Of a stretch of 64,000 nucleotides of DNA, positions 1-9,268 are shown piece after piece (within the stretch, counting starts at the first letter, position 1; each line of letters begins with the position of its first letter). Source of the DNA: Bacteroidales bacterium (GTDB lineage: Bacteria; Bacteroidota; Bacteroidia; Bacteroidales; P3); the NCBI GenBank assembly GCA_030523765.1, contig JAUNHX010000005.1:5566-69565 (forward strand). The letters are read 5' to 3'. Position numbers and translations under genes: made by a program. The notes beneath the pieces are model-generated. The model had not been told where the DNA came from, ran no database searches, and saw nothing but the letters and a program-made list of their open reading frames with translations.

Positions 1-275
1 GGAACACTACTGGCATGTGTGCTGGCGAGTTTGCCCTCAATCAGATCCTGATGGGTGGTATCATGCTGGGTGCTTGCTTCATGGCTACCGATATGGTGAC
101 GTCGCCTATGGCTAAGACGGGTCAGCTGGTGTTCGGCTTTGGCTGCGGATTGCTCACTATCATCATCCGTCGTTGGGGTGCCTATCCCGAGGGTGTATCG
201 TTCGCTATCCTGCTTATGAACTCCATTACGCCGCTGCTGAACCGCTGGTTCCAACCCAAGCGTTTTGCCTGCTAA
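1..275 (+). CDS. rnfD: Rnf electron-transport complex subunit D, C-terminal fragment (gene begins upstream of window)
   Basis: The frame is open from the window edge to TAA 273-275. The sequence ...[13 protein letters not shown]...[20 protein letters not shown] is a typical RnfD/NqrB C-terminus. It is followed directly by rnfG and rnfE. Confidence 0.8.
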   Translation, partial: NTTGMCAGEFALNQILMGGIMLGACFMATDMVTSPMAKTGQLVFGFGCGLLTIIIRRWGAYPEGVSFAILLMNSITPLLNRWFQPKRFAC

Positions 276-317
276 GGTGTTAACTCGAATTACTAATCAC
301 GTAAAAGAAATAAGATT

Positions 318-884
318 ATGGCAAAGAAAGCTGAATCTACATTGATAAATATGCTCCTCTCGCTAACTATCATCGCGGTGGTGGCTGGAGCTGTGTTGGC
401 GCTGGTGAGCGGCGTTACGGCCGATCCTATCGCTAAGGCTGAACAAGCTAAAACGGAGAATGCTATCAAGGCTGTGCTTCCTGAGTTCGATCATCTCGAA
501 ACGAAGGATATCGATGGTGTGGCCTGCAATATGGCTTATACTGCCGATAATAGTTTGGTGGGTATCGCTGTGCCTGCTACCTCGAAGAAGGGCTTTGGTG
601 GCGACTTGGGTATCATGTTCGGTTTTGATGCCGAAGGCAATATCTCTGGCTACCAGGTGCTCAAAACGGCCGAAACGCCCGGTTTGGGTGCTAAGGCTTC
701 CGAATGGTTCCAGAAGGGTGGCAAGGGTGATGTGGTAGGAAAGAATCCTAACGCCAACAACCTTACCGTTAGCAAAGATGGTGGTGAGGTGGATGCCATC
801 AGCGGATCTACTATCACTTCGCGTGCCTTCTGTGACGCTATTGCTATTGCATACGAACTTTATAAGAAAGGAGTGAACGAATAA
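318..884 (+). CDS. rnfG: Rnf complex subunit G (FMN-binding)
   Basis: 188 aa with an N-terminal TM helix and the FMN-attachment-type motif SGSTITSRA. It sits between rnfD and rnfE. Confidence 0.8.
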   Translation: MAKKAESTLINMLLSLTIIAVVAGAVLALVSGVTADPIAKAEQAKTENAIKAVLPEFDHLETKDIDGVACNMAYTADNSLVGIAVPATSKKGFGGDLGIMFGFDAEGNISGYQVLKTAETPGLGAKASEWFQKGGKGDVVGKNPNANNLTVSKDGGEVDAISGSTITSRAFCDAIAIAYELYKKGVNE

Positions 885-1483
885 TGAAAGCTTCCGACAT
901 CATTAAAAATGGTTTAATCAAAGAGAACCCCACTTGGGTACTCATCTTGGGTATGTGCCCCACGTTGGCTACTACCACTTCGGCTGTGAATGGTCTCTGT
1001 ATGGGATTGGCTACTACTTTCGTGCTGATGTGCTCCAATTCCGTTATCTCCCTCCTCAAGTCGATGATCCCCGATAAGGTGCGTATCCCCGCCTTTATCG
1101 TTATCATCGCTTCGTTCGTGACCATCGTGCAATTGGTTATGCAGGGTTTCTTGCCCGACCTATATGAGAGTCTCGGTCTCTTCATCCCCCTCATTGTGGT
1201 GAACTGCATCGTGCTAGGTCGTGCTGAAGCTTTCGCTTCGAAGAACAACCTCTGGTTCTCGTTCCTCGATGGTGTATTTATGGGTCTCGGCTTTACTTGG
1301 GCTCTTACCCTTCTGGGTATGGTCCGCGAGCTGTTGGGTACGGGCTGCATCTTCGGTCATAGCCTTATTGGTGGTGCCGATGGTATGCTCCTCTTTATCC
1401 TTCCTCCAGGCGGTTTCCTCTGCTTGGGTCTTTTGATGGCTTGGATTAATCACTTGAGAAATAAATCTAAAGCTACTAATTAA
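884..1483 (+). CDS. rnfE: Rnf complex subunit E
   Basis: 199-aa polytopic membrane protein with LGMCPTLA, IPLIVVNCIVLGRAEAFA and ILPPGGF motifs, collinear with E. coli RsxE as I recall it. Its start overlaps the rnfG stop by 1 nt (TAATG). Confidence 0.85.
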   Translation: MKASDIIKNGLIKENPTWVLILGMCPTLATTTSAVNGLCMGLATTFVLMCSNSVISLLKSMIPDKVRIPAFIVIIASFVTIVQLVMQGFLPDLYESLGLFIPLIVVNCIVLGRAEAFASKNNLWFSFLDGVFMGLGFTWALTLLGMVRELLGTGCIFGHSLIGGADGMLLFILPPGGFLCLGLLMAWINHLRNKSKATN

Positions 1484-1572
1484 GTTTTTTAACAATAACG
1501 ATGAAACTATTTGGGATTCTCAAACGTCTACATCGTCGAAATAATAAAGAAGTGTTGAACAATTAAAATTAG

Positions 1573-2070
1573 ATGACAATGAAAAGAACTGTTATTGTAA
1601 TGATGATGATCTGCTTTGCAGGAATCGGCCTTCGGGTGCAAGCCCAGTCTACGGCTGTGGATTGCGATGCGCTCATCCTTCCTCGTTATAACAACGATTC
1701 GACGGTGCTAGAGATGTTGGTTCCAGAAAAGTACGAGTGGCTCTGTACCTATGCACACAATGCGCTTTATCTGACCAATACGGCTCCTCGCGATGCTGCC
1801 GTACACAACATTAGTGAACTTCGTTGTTATGCTACCAACCAAAAGTTGCCCGACAATTATGTTGTCGACCTCAACTCGTTTAGTGTCTATGCTTACAACT
1901 TCTCCGACTTCTTCTACCAACACAATGGCCGCGAGGTTTATTTCCGTGTGGGGAACGAAGGCAACCAGTATCTTGTGGCTCGTGCTCCTAGCGAAGCGCT
2001 GAAGATGGCCGATGATGCTGTGGCTGCTGGTAACGGTATCGGAGGTGGCCACGCTACGGAACAACGCTAG
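1573..2070 (+). CDS. Secreted hypothetical protein, 165 aa (copy 1)
   Basis: ATG start with a signal peptide MTMKRTVIVMMMICFAGIGLRVQAQ. I recognise no family motif. The gene lies 72 nt upstream of the T9SS cargo gene. Confidence 0.7.
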   Translation: MTMKRTVIVMMMICFAGIGLRVQAQSTAVDCDALILPRYNNDSTVLEMLVPEKYEWLCTYAHNALYLTNTAPRDAAVHNISELRCYATNQKLPDNYVVDLNSFSVYAYNFSDFFYQHNGREVYFRVGNEGNQYLVARAPSEALKMADDAVAAGNGIGGGHATEQR

Positions 2071-2142
2071 TGCAATCAATAATGGCTATCGCAAAGTTAA
2101 GAAAACATATATATGCATTTCACAATTATAAAGATTAAGGTC

Positions 2143-5100
2143 ATGAAAAAGATACTCGTCATGCTCGCTCTTATTACCGTCGGCTTCATCGGTCAGGTAT
2201 ATGCCCAAGGTGGTATTACTCAGGTCTACCTGAATGCCACCACCAATGGAACTACCTACACGGTGCCCGATGAGGGTATATACCTCAATAGTGATAACGG
2301 AGGCGTTGGTGGCCACTATGTAGCTGGTACCGACTACTCTATCACCGTTGAGGGTACATGTACCGGTTTGAACCATATGGCTCTTATTTTTGAACGTTTC
2401 AACATCGCTCCAGAGGATACGCTGTATATCTATGATGGCCCCAGCACTTCATCGGTGCTTATCATGAAATCCAACAACAACTATAATCCGCTGGCTAGTC
2501 AGACGGTTTATGCATCGTCGTTGAATACTTCCAATCAGTTGACTATCCGTCTAAAAGCTAATTCAAGCAATGGTACGGGTTTCACCTGCTTGGTGGGCTG
2601 CCGATTCCCCTGCGAGACGGTGACGCCAGTAATTGATAGTTTCTACTATAAGACCATCAACGGTCAGATTGTAGATACCTGCTATATCCGCAACTTCACT
2701 ACTACTGAACAGGTGGCTACAGCGATAGATTCTACGTTGACTGGTTATGATACCAATGGTGCTCCTATCTACTCCTATGATACCACTTGGACTAATCAGG
2801 ACAACTATTTCCGCGGTGTAACGCTTTGTGTGGGTGAGGGTGTGATCTTTAACGGTCATGGTGAATATACGCAGAATTATGGTGCTTATACCCCTTCCGA
2901 TATGTCGTCGATCTTCACCTGGTCGCTCGGTAACGGTGAGGTGGTCGATGAGGTAGGTCTCCGTCAGGTGGCTGCCTACTATCGCGATCTTGACTGCTAT
3001 GATGTGATTTTGAGTATTGAGGATGAACGTGGTTGTAAGTCTACTCTCCTCGAAACGGTACGTGTCCGTTTGGCTCAGAATCCTATCAAGACACTCTTCG
3101 ATTTGCAGACAATGTGTAATACCGACTCGCTGTTGGTTAACGTAGGTTACGAGGGTGAGAATGGTACTATTACTCTGAAGAAGATTGAATTTGAGAAAAC
3201 AAAGACGCAGGTTAACAATGTGCGTACCTTCGTACCCGATGGTAAATGTCCTCCCGATAATAGCGACTGCTTCACGGCAAAGGTTAATTTCGATGACTTT
3301 CCCGCTGGACGTGCTGTTACCGACAAGGGCGATATCTGCTCGATCTGTGTGAATGCTGAACACTCCTTTATGGGTGACTGTACCTATGCTATTATCTGCC
3401 CCAGTGGCTCGAAAGGCTATCTGAAACGTAAATCGCAAGTTGAAGGCGAAGATCCCTATACTGGTGGCGGTAGCGGAAAATTCCTTGGTATCCCCTATGG
3501 TGGTAACAACGATGGTGCTTGGGATAACTCAAGTGAAAAATGCGACTCGCTGGCCAATATGTATGGCTATGGATGGAACTACTGCTGGACTCGTAACCCT
3601 GAATATAGCATCGTTACCTATCAGGGCGCTCAGGCTGGTATCGCTGTTCCTGATCATACGGTTACCACTTCGCATACCTTCGGTGTCATCCCTGCTCCTT
3701 TCTATCGTGCTGGTGAAACATGCGGTACAGTGACCTCGAGCAATACGCAGGATTCGAGCGACCACGATGGTAAATCGGGTTACTATCTTCCTGCTTCCGA
3801 CTTCAATGATCTAGTAGGCTGCCCGCTCAATGGTGAATGGGGTATGGAGTTCTGCGATACGTGGGGCGCTGATAATGGCTGGATCTTCTCCTTCTCGCTT
3901 GATATCTGTGGTATCTCCTCGGGTGCTGGTTGCGAATATCAGGTGGGTCTCGACTCGCTGGTGTGGCGTCCCGATTCCTCTTATGGCGACTTCCTCTTGG
4001 GTCATTATCGTGGTGCTACTGTTACGCGTCGCGATAGTGTGAACGCTTGGATTGCTACCCCCGATACAGCTGGTCTCTTTGGTATCCATGTAACCCTCTA
4101 CGATGAGTTTGGCTGCGTTTGGGATACAATGACTCGTATCACTACCGTTTGGGCTCCTATGCCTGAACTGGGTGACGATACTATCCTTTGCGACTTCCAG
4201 ACGATGATGCTCGATGCTTCGGATGCTCACACTGCTATGACTAACCAGTCGTTCAAGTGGGAACCCTTTGGCGATTCGGTGGCTGTGATTGAGACCCGAA
4301 ACAATATGGGATCGGATATCTTATATAAGGTGGAGGTGCAGAACTACCAGCATGATGTGACTTGTATTACCCGCGACTCGATCCGTGTGAAGGTGAAACC
4401 GCAACCGCGTCCTAACTTTGACCCAGGTGTTTACCCACTAGAGGGCTGCGAGCCGTTTATTATCAATATCACCAACAATACGCCTAATGCTGATAAGCAT
4501 ATCTGGGTGTGGGGCGATGGCGATACCTCTTTCACTGCAGAACCAACTCACGCTTATGCTGCAGGTCACTATGACTTCAAGTACTACGCTGAGAGCGATG
4601 CTGGATGTAAGGACTCGCTAGTATACACTAACCTGATTACTGTCTTCTCTAGTCCTGTGGCTAAATTCTCATGGGAGCCTGTCAATCCTACAGTGATGCA
4701 TCCTGAGGTGCAGTTCATTAATAAGACTGAGCCGCAAGCTGATACCAATAAGTATTACTGGGAGATTCAGTACGATCGCGATAATCATCTCTCTTATCAT
4801 ACAATGACTGATGTCAATCCTGTATTCCAGTGGCAGACCGATGGTGAGGATATCTCGGGTACCTATATTGCTCGCCTCATCGCTAAGACCAACAATTTGG
4901 GTCCCTCGGGTAATGTGGTTGAATGCCGCGATACCATCGAGAACTCAATCCTCTTGGTTAACGACTTCCTCCAGTTCCCCACAGTAGTTACCCCCAATGG
5001 TGATGGTATCAACGATGTGTTCGAAATCAAGAACCTGGTGAACGGTTTGGGTTACCCCAACAACAGTTTGGCTATCTACAACCGCTGGGGTAAGCGTGTA

Positions 5101-5250
5101 TACTTCAAGGAGAATATCAGCAGCGATGACGATTGGTGGGATCCCGCTAAGGACAATATCCCTGATGGTACCTATTTCTGGCGCTTCTCGGGTAAGGGTT
5201 ACTTAGGCAATATCCAACGTACCGGTTCGGTCGAGGTACTCTCTAACTAG
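2143..5250 (+). CDS. Large secreted multidomain protein with T9SS type B C-terminal sorting domain (copy 1)
   Basis: I chose ATG 2143 because it gives the signal peptide MKKILVMLALITVGFIGQVYAQ; the ORF-track start 2113 adds 10 aa. There is a PKD-type motif WVWGDGDTSF..PTHAY. The C-terminus FPTVVTPNGDGINDVF..IYNRWGKRVY..GTYFWRF matches the gliding-motility/T9SS type B CTD (TIGR04131/CHU_C type). CUB-like and P-domain-like segments are inferred only. Confidence 0.85.
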   Translation: MKKILVMLALITVGFIGQVYAQGGITQVYLNATTNGTTYTVPDEGIYLNSDNGGVGGHYVAGTDYSITVEGTCTGLNHMALIFERFNIAPEDTLYIYDGPSTSSVLIMKSNNNYNPLASQTVYASSLNTSNQLTIRLKANSSNGTGFTCLVGCRFPCETVTPVIDSFYYKTINGQIVDTCYIRNFTTTEQVATAIDSTLTGYDTNGAPIYSYDTTWTNQDNYFRGVTLCVGEGVIFNGHGEYTQNYGAYTPSDMSSIFTWSLGNGEVVDEVGLRQVAAYYRDLDCYDVILSIEDERGCKSTLLETVRVRLAQNPIKTLFDLQTMCNTDSLLVNVGYEGENGTITLKKIEFEKTKTQVNNVRTFVPDGKCPPDNSDCFTAKVNFDDFPAGRAVTDKGDICSICVNAEHSFMGDCTYAIICPSGSKGYLKRKSQVEGEDPYTGGGSGKFLGIPYGGNNDGAWDNSSEKCDSLANMYGYGWNYCWTRNPEYSIVTYQGAQAGIAVPDHTVTTSHTFGVIPAPFYRAGETCGTVTSSNTQDSSDHDGKSGYYLPASDFNDLVGCPLNGEWGMEFCDTWGADNGWIFSFSLDICGISSGAGCEYQVGLDSLVWRPDSSYGDFLLGHYRGATVTRRDSVNAWIATPDTAGLFGIHVTLYDEFGCVWDTMTRITTVWAPMPELGDDTILCDFQTMMLDASDAHTAMTNQSFKWEPFGDSVAVIETRNNMGSDILYKVEVQNYQHDVTCITRDSIRVKVKPQPRPNFDPGVYPLEGCEPFIINITNNTPNADKHIWVWGDGDTSFTAEPTHAYAAGHYDFKYYAESDAGCKDSLVYTNLITVFSSPVAKFSWEPVNPTVMHPEVQFINKTEPQADTNKYYWEIQYDRDNHLSYHTMTDVNPVFQWQTDGEDISGTYIARLIAKTNNLGPSGNVVECRDTIENSILLVNDFLQFPTVVTPNGDGINDVFEIKNLVNGLGYPNNSLAIYNRWGKRVYFKENISSDDDWWDPAKDNIPDGTYFWRFSGKGYLGNIQRTGSVEVLSN

Positions 5251-5288
5251 ACTCTTGAATTAAAAGTATCGCATTCATAAATGCTGAT

Positions 5289-5322
5289 GGAGGACCCTTC
5301 TTGTAAGGGTCCTCCTTTTTTT
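5289..5322 (+). terminator. Rho-independent terminator after the cargo gene (copy 1)
   Basis: Perfect 11-bp stem ggaggaccctt/aagggtcctcc, 5-nt loop, then T7. It lies 39 nt after the stop codon. Confidence 0.85.
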
Positions 5323-5330
5323 GTATAAGG

Positions 5331-5427
5331 GCTTCTTTTTATCCTCCCTTCGGGCGGTTTCCTCTGCTTGGGTCTTTTAATGGCTTAGATTAATCACTTG
5401 AGAAACAAATCTAAATCAACTAATTAA
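5331..5427 (+). pseudogene. rnfE: Relic of the last 31 codons of rnfE, carried along by the duplication
   Basis: Aligns codon-for-codon with 1388-1483. There are 10 differences in 96 nt, including an in-frame TAG at 5386-5388 where rnfE has TGG. No upstream coding part is present. Confidence 0.85.
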
Positions 5428-5517
5428 GTTTTTTTAACAGTGACTATGAAACTATTTGGGATTCTCAAACGTCTACATCGTCGAAATAATAAAGAAGTGT
5501 TGAACAATTAAAATTAG

Positions 5518-6015
5518 ATGACAATGAAAAGAACTGTTATTGTAATGATGATGATCTGCTTTGCAGGAATCGGCCTTCGGGTGCAAGCCCAGTCTACGGC
5601 TGTGGATTGCGATGCGCTCATCCTTCCTCGTTATAACAACGATTCGACGGTGCTAGAGATGTTGGTTCCAGAAAAGTACGAGTGGCTCTGTACCTATGCA
5701 CACAATGCGCTTTATCTGACCAATACGGCTCCTCGCGATGCTGCCGTACACAACATTAGTGAACTTCGTTGTTATGCTACCAACCAAAAGTTGCCCGACA
5801 ATTATGTTGTCGACCTCAACTCGTTTAGTGTCTATGCTTACAACTTCTCCGACTTCTTCTACCAACACAATGGCCGCGAGGTTTATTTCCGTGTGGGGAA
5901 CGAAGGCAACCAGTATCTTGTGGCTCGTGCTCCTAGCGAAGCGCTGAAGATGGCCGATGATGCTGTGGCTGCTGGTAACGGTATCGGAGGTGGCCACGCT
6001 ACGGAACAACGCTAG
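5518..6015 (+). CDS. Secreted hypothetical protein, 165 aa (copy 2)
   Basis: Protein identical to 1573-2070. Confidence 0.7.
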   Translation: MTMKRTVIVMMMICFAGIGLRVQAQSTAVDCDALILPRYNNDSTVLEMLVPEKYEWLCTYAHNALYLTNTAPRDAAVHNISELRCYATNQKLPDNYVVDLNSFSVYAYNFSDFFYQHNGREVYFRVGNEGNQYLVARAPSEALKMADDAVAAGNGIGGGHATEQR

Positions 6016-6087
6016 TGCAATCAATAATGGCTATCGCAAAGTTAAGAAAACATATATATGCATTTCACAATTATAAAGATTAAGGTC

Positions 6088-9000
6088 ATGAAAAAGATAC
6101 TCGTCATGCTCGCTCTTATTACCGTCGGCTTCATCGGTCAGGTATATGCCCAAGGTGGTATTACTCAGGTCTACCTGAATGCCACCACCAATGGAACTAC
6201 CTACACGGTGCCCGATGAGGGTATATACCTCAATAGTGATAACGGAGGCGTTGGTGGCCACTATGTAGCTGGTACCGACTACTCTATCACCGTTGAGGGT
6301 ACATGTACCGGTTTGAACCATATGGCTCTTATTTTTGAACGTTTCAACATCGCTCCAGAGGATACGCTGTATATCTATGATGGCCCCAGCACTTCATCGG
6401 TGCTTATCATGAAATCCAACAACAACTATAATCCGCTGGCTAGTCAGACGGTTTATGCATCGTCGTTGAATACTTCCAATCAGTTGACTATCCGTCTAAA
6501 AGCTAATTCAAGCAATGGTACGGGTTTCACCTGCTTGGTGGGCTGCCGATTCCCCTGCGAGACGGTGACGCCAGTAATTGATAGTTTCTACTATAAGACC
6601 ATCAACGGTCAGATTGTAGATACCTGCTATATCCGCAACTTCACTACTACTGAACAGGTGGCTACAGCGATAGATTCTACGTTGACTGGTTATGATACCA
6701 ATGGTGCTCCTATCTACTCCTATGATACCACTTGGACTAATCAGGACAACTATTTCCGCGGTGTAACGCTTTGTGTGGGTGAGGGTGTGATCTTTAACGG
6801 TCATGGTGAATATACGCAGAATTATGGTGCTTATACCCCTTCCGATATGTCGTCGATCTTCACCTGGTCGCTCGGTAACGGTGAGGTGGTCGATGAGGTA
6901 GGTCTCCGTCAGGTGGCTGCCTACTATCGCGATCTTGACTGCTATGATGTGATTTTGAGTATTGAGGATGAACGTGGTTGTAAGTCTACTCTCCTCGAAA
7001 CGGTACGTGTCCGTTTGGCTCAGAATCCTATCAAGACACTCTTCGATTTGCAGACAATGTGTAATACCGACTCGCTGTTGGTTAACGTAGGTTACGAGGG
7101 TGAGAATGGTACTATTACTCTGAAGAAGATTGAATTTGAGAAAACAAAGACGCAGGTTAACAATGTGCGTACCTTCGTACCCGATGGTAAATGTCCTCCC
7201 GATAATAGCGACTGCTTCACGGCAAAGGTTAATTTCGATGACTTTCCCGCTGGACGTGCTGTTACCGACAAGGGCGATATCTGCTCGATCTGTGTGAATG
7301 CTGAACACTCCTTTATGGGTGACTGTACCTATGCTATTATCTGCCCCAGTGGCTCGAAAGGCTATCTGAAACGTAAATCGCAAGTTGAAGGCGAAGATCC
7401 CTATACTGGTGGCGGTAGCGGAAAATTCCTTGGTATCCCCTATGGTGGTAACAACGATGGTGCTTGGGATAACTCAAGTGAAAAATGCGACTCGCTGGCC
7501 AATATGTATGGCTATGGATGGAACTACTGCTGGACTCGTAACCCTGAATATAGCATCGTTACCTATCAGGGCGCTCAGGCTGGTATCGCTGTTCCTGATC
7601 ATACGGTTACCACTTCGCATACCTTCGGTGTCATCCCTGCTCCTTTCTATCGTGCTGGTGAAACATGCGGTACAGTGACCTCGAGCAATACGCAGGATTC
7701 GAGCGACCACGATGGTAAATCGGGTTACTATCTTCCTGCTTCCGACTTCAATGATCTAGTAGGCTGCCCGCTCAATGGTGAATGGGGTATGGAGTTCTGC
7801 GATACGTGGGGCGCTGATAATGGCTGGATCTTCTCCTTCTCGCTTGATATCTGTGGTATCTCCTCGGGTGCTGGTTGCGAATATCAGGTGGGTCTCGACT
7901 CGCTGGTGTGGCGTCCCGATTCCTCTTATGGCGACTTCCTCTTGGGTCATTATCGTGGTGCTACTGTTACGCGTCGCGATAGTGTGAACGCTTGGATTGC
8001 TACCCCCGATACAGCTGGTCTCTTTGGTATCCATGTAACCCTCTACGATGAGTTTGGCTGCGTTTGGGATACAATGACTCGTATCACTACCGTTTGGGCT
8101 CCTATGCCTGAACTGGGTGACGATACTATCCTTTGCGACTTCCAGACGATGATGCTCGATGCTTCGGATGCTCACACTGCTATGACTAACCAGTCGTTCA
8201 AGTGGGAACCCTTTGGCGATTCGGTGGCTGTGATTGAGACCCGAAACAATATGGGATCGGATATCTTATATAAGGTGGAGGTGCAGAACTACCAGCATGA
8301 TGTGACTTGTATTACCCGCGACTCGATCCGTGTGAAGGTGAAACCGCAACCGCGTCCTAACTTTGACCCAGGTGTTTACCCACTAGAGGGCTGCGAGCCG
8401 TTTATTATCAATATCACCAACAATACGCCTAATGCTGATAAGCATATCTGGGTGTGGGGCGATGGCGATACCTCTTTCACTGCAGAACCAACTCACGCTT
8501 ATGCTGCAGGTCACTATGACTTCAAGTACTACGCTGAGAGCGATGCTGGATGTAAGGACTCGCTAGTATACACTAACCTGATTACTGTCTTCTCTAGTCC
8601 TGTGGCTAAATTCTCATGGGAGCCTGTCAATCCTACAGTGATGCATCCTGAGGTGCAGTTCATTAATAAGACTGAGCCGCAAGCTGATACCAATAAGTAT
8701 TACTGGGAGATTCAGTACGATCGCGATAATCATCTCTCTTATCATACAATGACTGATGTCAATCCTGTATTCCAGTGGCAGACCGATGGTGAGGATATCT
8801 CGGGTACCTATATTGCTCGCCTCATCGCTAAGACCAACAATTTGGGTCCCTCGGGTAATGTGGTTGAATGCCGCGATACCATCGAGAACTCAATCCTCTT
8901 GGTTAACGACTTCCTCCAGTTCCCCACAGTAGTTACCCCCAATGGTGATGGTATCAACGATGTGTTCGAAATCAAGAACCTGGTGAACGGTTTGGGTTAC

Positions 9001-9195
9001 CCCAACAACAGTTTGGCTATCTACAACCGCTGGGGTAAGCGTGTATACTTCAAGGAGAATATCAGCAGCGATGACGATTGGTGGGATCCCGCTAAGGACA
9101 ATATCCCTGATGGTACCTATTTCTGGCGCTTCTCGGGTAAGGGTTACTTAGGCAATATCCAACGTACCGGTTCGGTCGAGGTACTCTCTAACTAG
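6088..9195 (+). CDS. Large secreted multidomain protein with T9SS type B C-terminal sorting domain (copy 2)
   Basis: Protein identical to 2143-5250. Confidence 0.85.
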   Translation: MKKILVMLALITVGFIGQVYAQGGITQVYLNATTNGTTYTVPDEGIYLNSDNGGVGGHYVAGTDYSITVEGTCTGLNHMALIFERFNIAPEDTLYIYDGPSTSSVLIMKSNNNYNPLASQTVYASSLNTSNQLTIRLKANSSNGTGFTCLVGCRFPCETVTPVIDSFYYKTINGQIVDTCYIRNFTTTEQVATAIDSTLTGYDTNGAPIYSYDTTWTNQDNYFRGVTLCVGEGVIFNGHGEYTQNYGAYTPSDMSSIFTWSLGNGEVVDEVGLRQVAAYYRDLDCYDVILSIEDERGCKSTLLETVRVRLAQNPIKTLFDLQTMCNTDSLLVNVGYEGENGTITLKKIEFEKTKTQVNNVRTFVPDGKCPPDNSDCFTAKVNFDDFPAGRAVTDKGDICSICVNAEHSFMGDCTYAIICPSGSKGYLKRKSQVEGEDPYTGGGSGKFLGIPYGGNNDGAWDNSSEKCDSLANMYGYGWNYCWTRNPEYSIVTYQGAQAGIAVPDHTVTTSHTFGVIPAPFYRAGETCGTVTSSNTQDSSDHDGKSGYYLPASDFNDLVGCPLNGEWGMEFCDTWGADNGWIFSFSLDICGISSGAGCEYQVGLDSLVWRPDSSYGDFLLGHYRGATVTRRDSVNAWIATPDTAGLFGIHVTLYDEFGCVWDTMTRITTVWAPMPELGDDTILCDFQTMMLDASDAHTAMTNQSFKWEPFGDSVAVIETRNNMGSDILYKVEVQNYQHDVTCITRDSIRVKVKPQPRPNFDPGVYPLEGCEPFIINITNNTPNADKHIWVWGDGDTSFTAEPTHAYAAGHYDFKYYAESDAGCKDSLVYTNLITVFSSPVAKFSWEPVNPTVMHPEVQFINKTEPQADTNKYYWEIQYDRDNHLSYHTMTDVNPVFQWQTDGEDISGTYIARLIAKTNNLGPSGNVVECRDTIENSILLVNDFLQFPTVVTPNGDGINDVFEIKNLVNGLGYPNNSLAIYNRWGKRVYFKENISSDDDWWDPAKDNIPDGTYFWRFSGKGYLGNIQRTGSVEVLSN

Positions 9196-9233
9196 ACTCT
9201 TGAATTAAAAGTATCACATTCATAAATGCTGAT

Positions 9234-9268
9234 GGAGGACCCTTCTTGTAAGGGCCCTCCTTTTTTTT
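9234..9268 (+). terminator. Rho-independent terminator (copy 2, one stem mismatch, T8)
   Basis: ggaggaccctt/aagggccctcc has an A.C mismatch at 9255, followed by eight T. Confidence 0.75.

Larger units (their letters stand above)
1387..5333 (+). repeat. Tandem duplication, unit 1 (3.9 kb): rnfE 3' end, sORF, 165-aa gene, T9SS cargo gene and terminator
   Basis: Direct comparison with 5331-9279 gives a period of 3944-3945 bp. The ORF-track proteins of both copies are identical on both strands. Confidence 0.95.

Noticed and set aside
1708-2099. A minus-strand TAACTTTG box (2092-2099, twin at 6037-6044) followed by a TTG-initiated 123-aa ORF antisense to the 165-aa gene.
   Set aside because: The sense gene has a convincing signal peptide, while the antisense ORF has none and uses TTG. 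The box might drive an antisense RNA, but a single 8-mer match in an AT-rich spacer is weak evidence.
2563-3438. A 291-aa minus-strand ORF (with a twin at 6508-7383), plus other minus or out-of-frame ORFs inside the cargo genes (3440-3733, 3529-3765, 3811-4230 and their copies).
   Set aside because: They lie entirely inside, and antisense or out of frame to, a gene with clear signal peptide, PKD and CTD motifs. Their sequences are low-complexity, with no start context or motifs. They are shadow ORFs.
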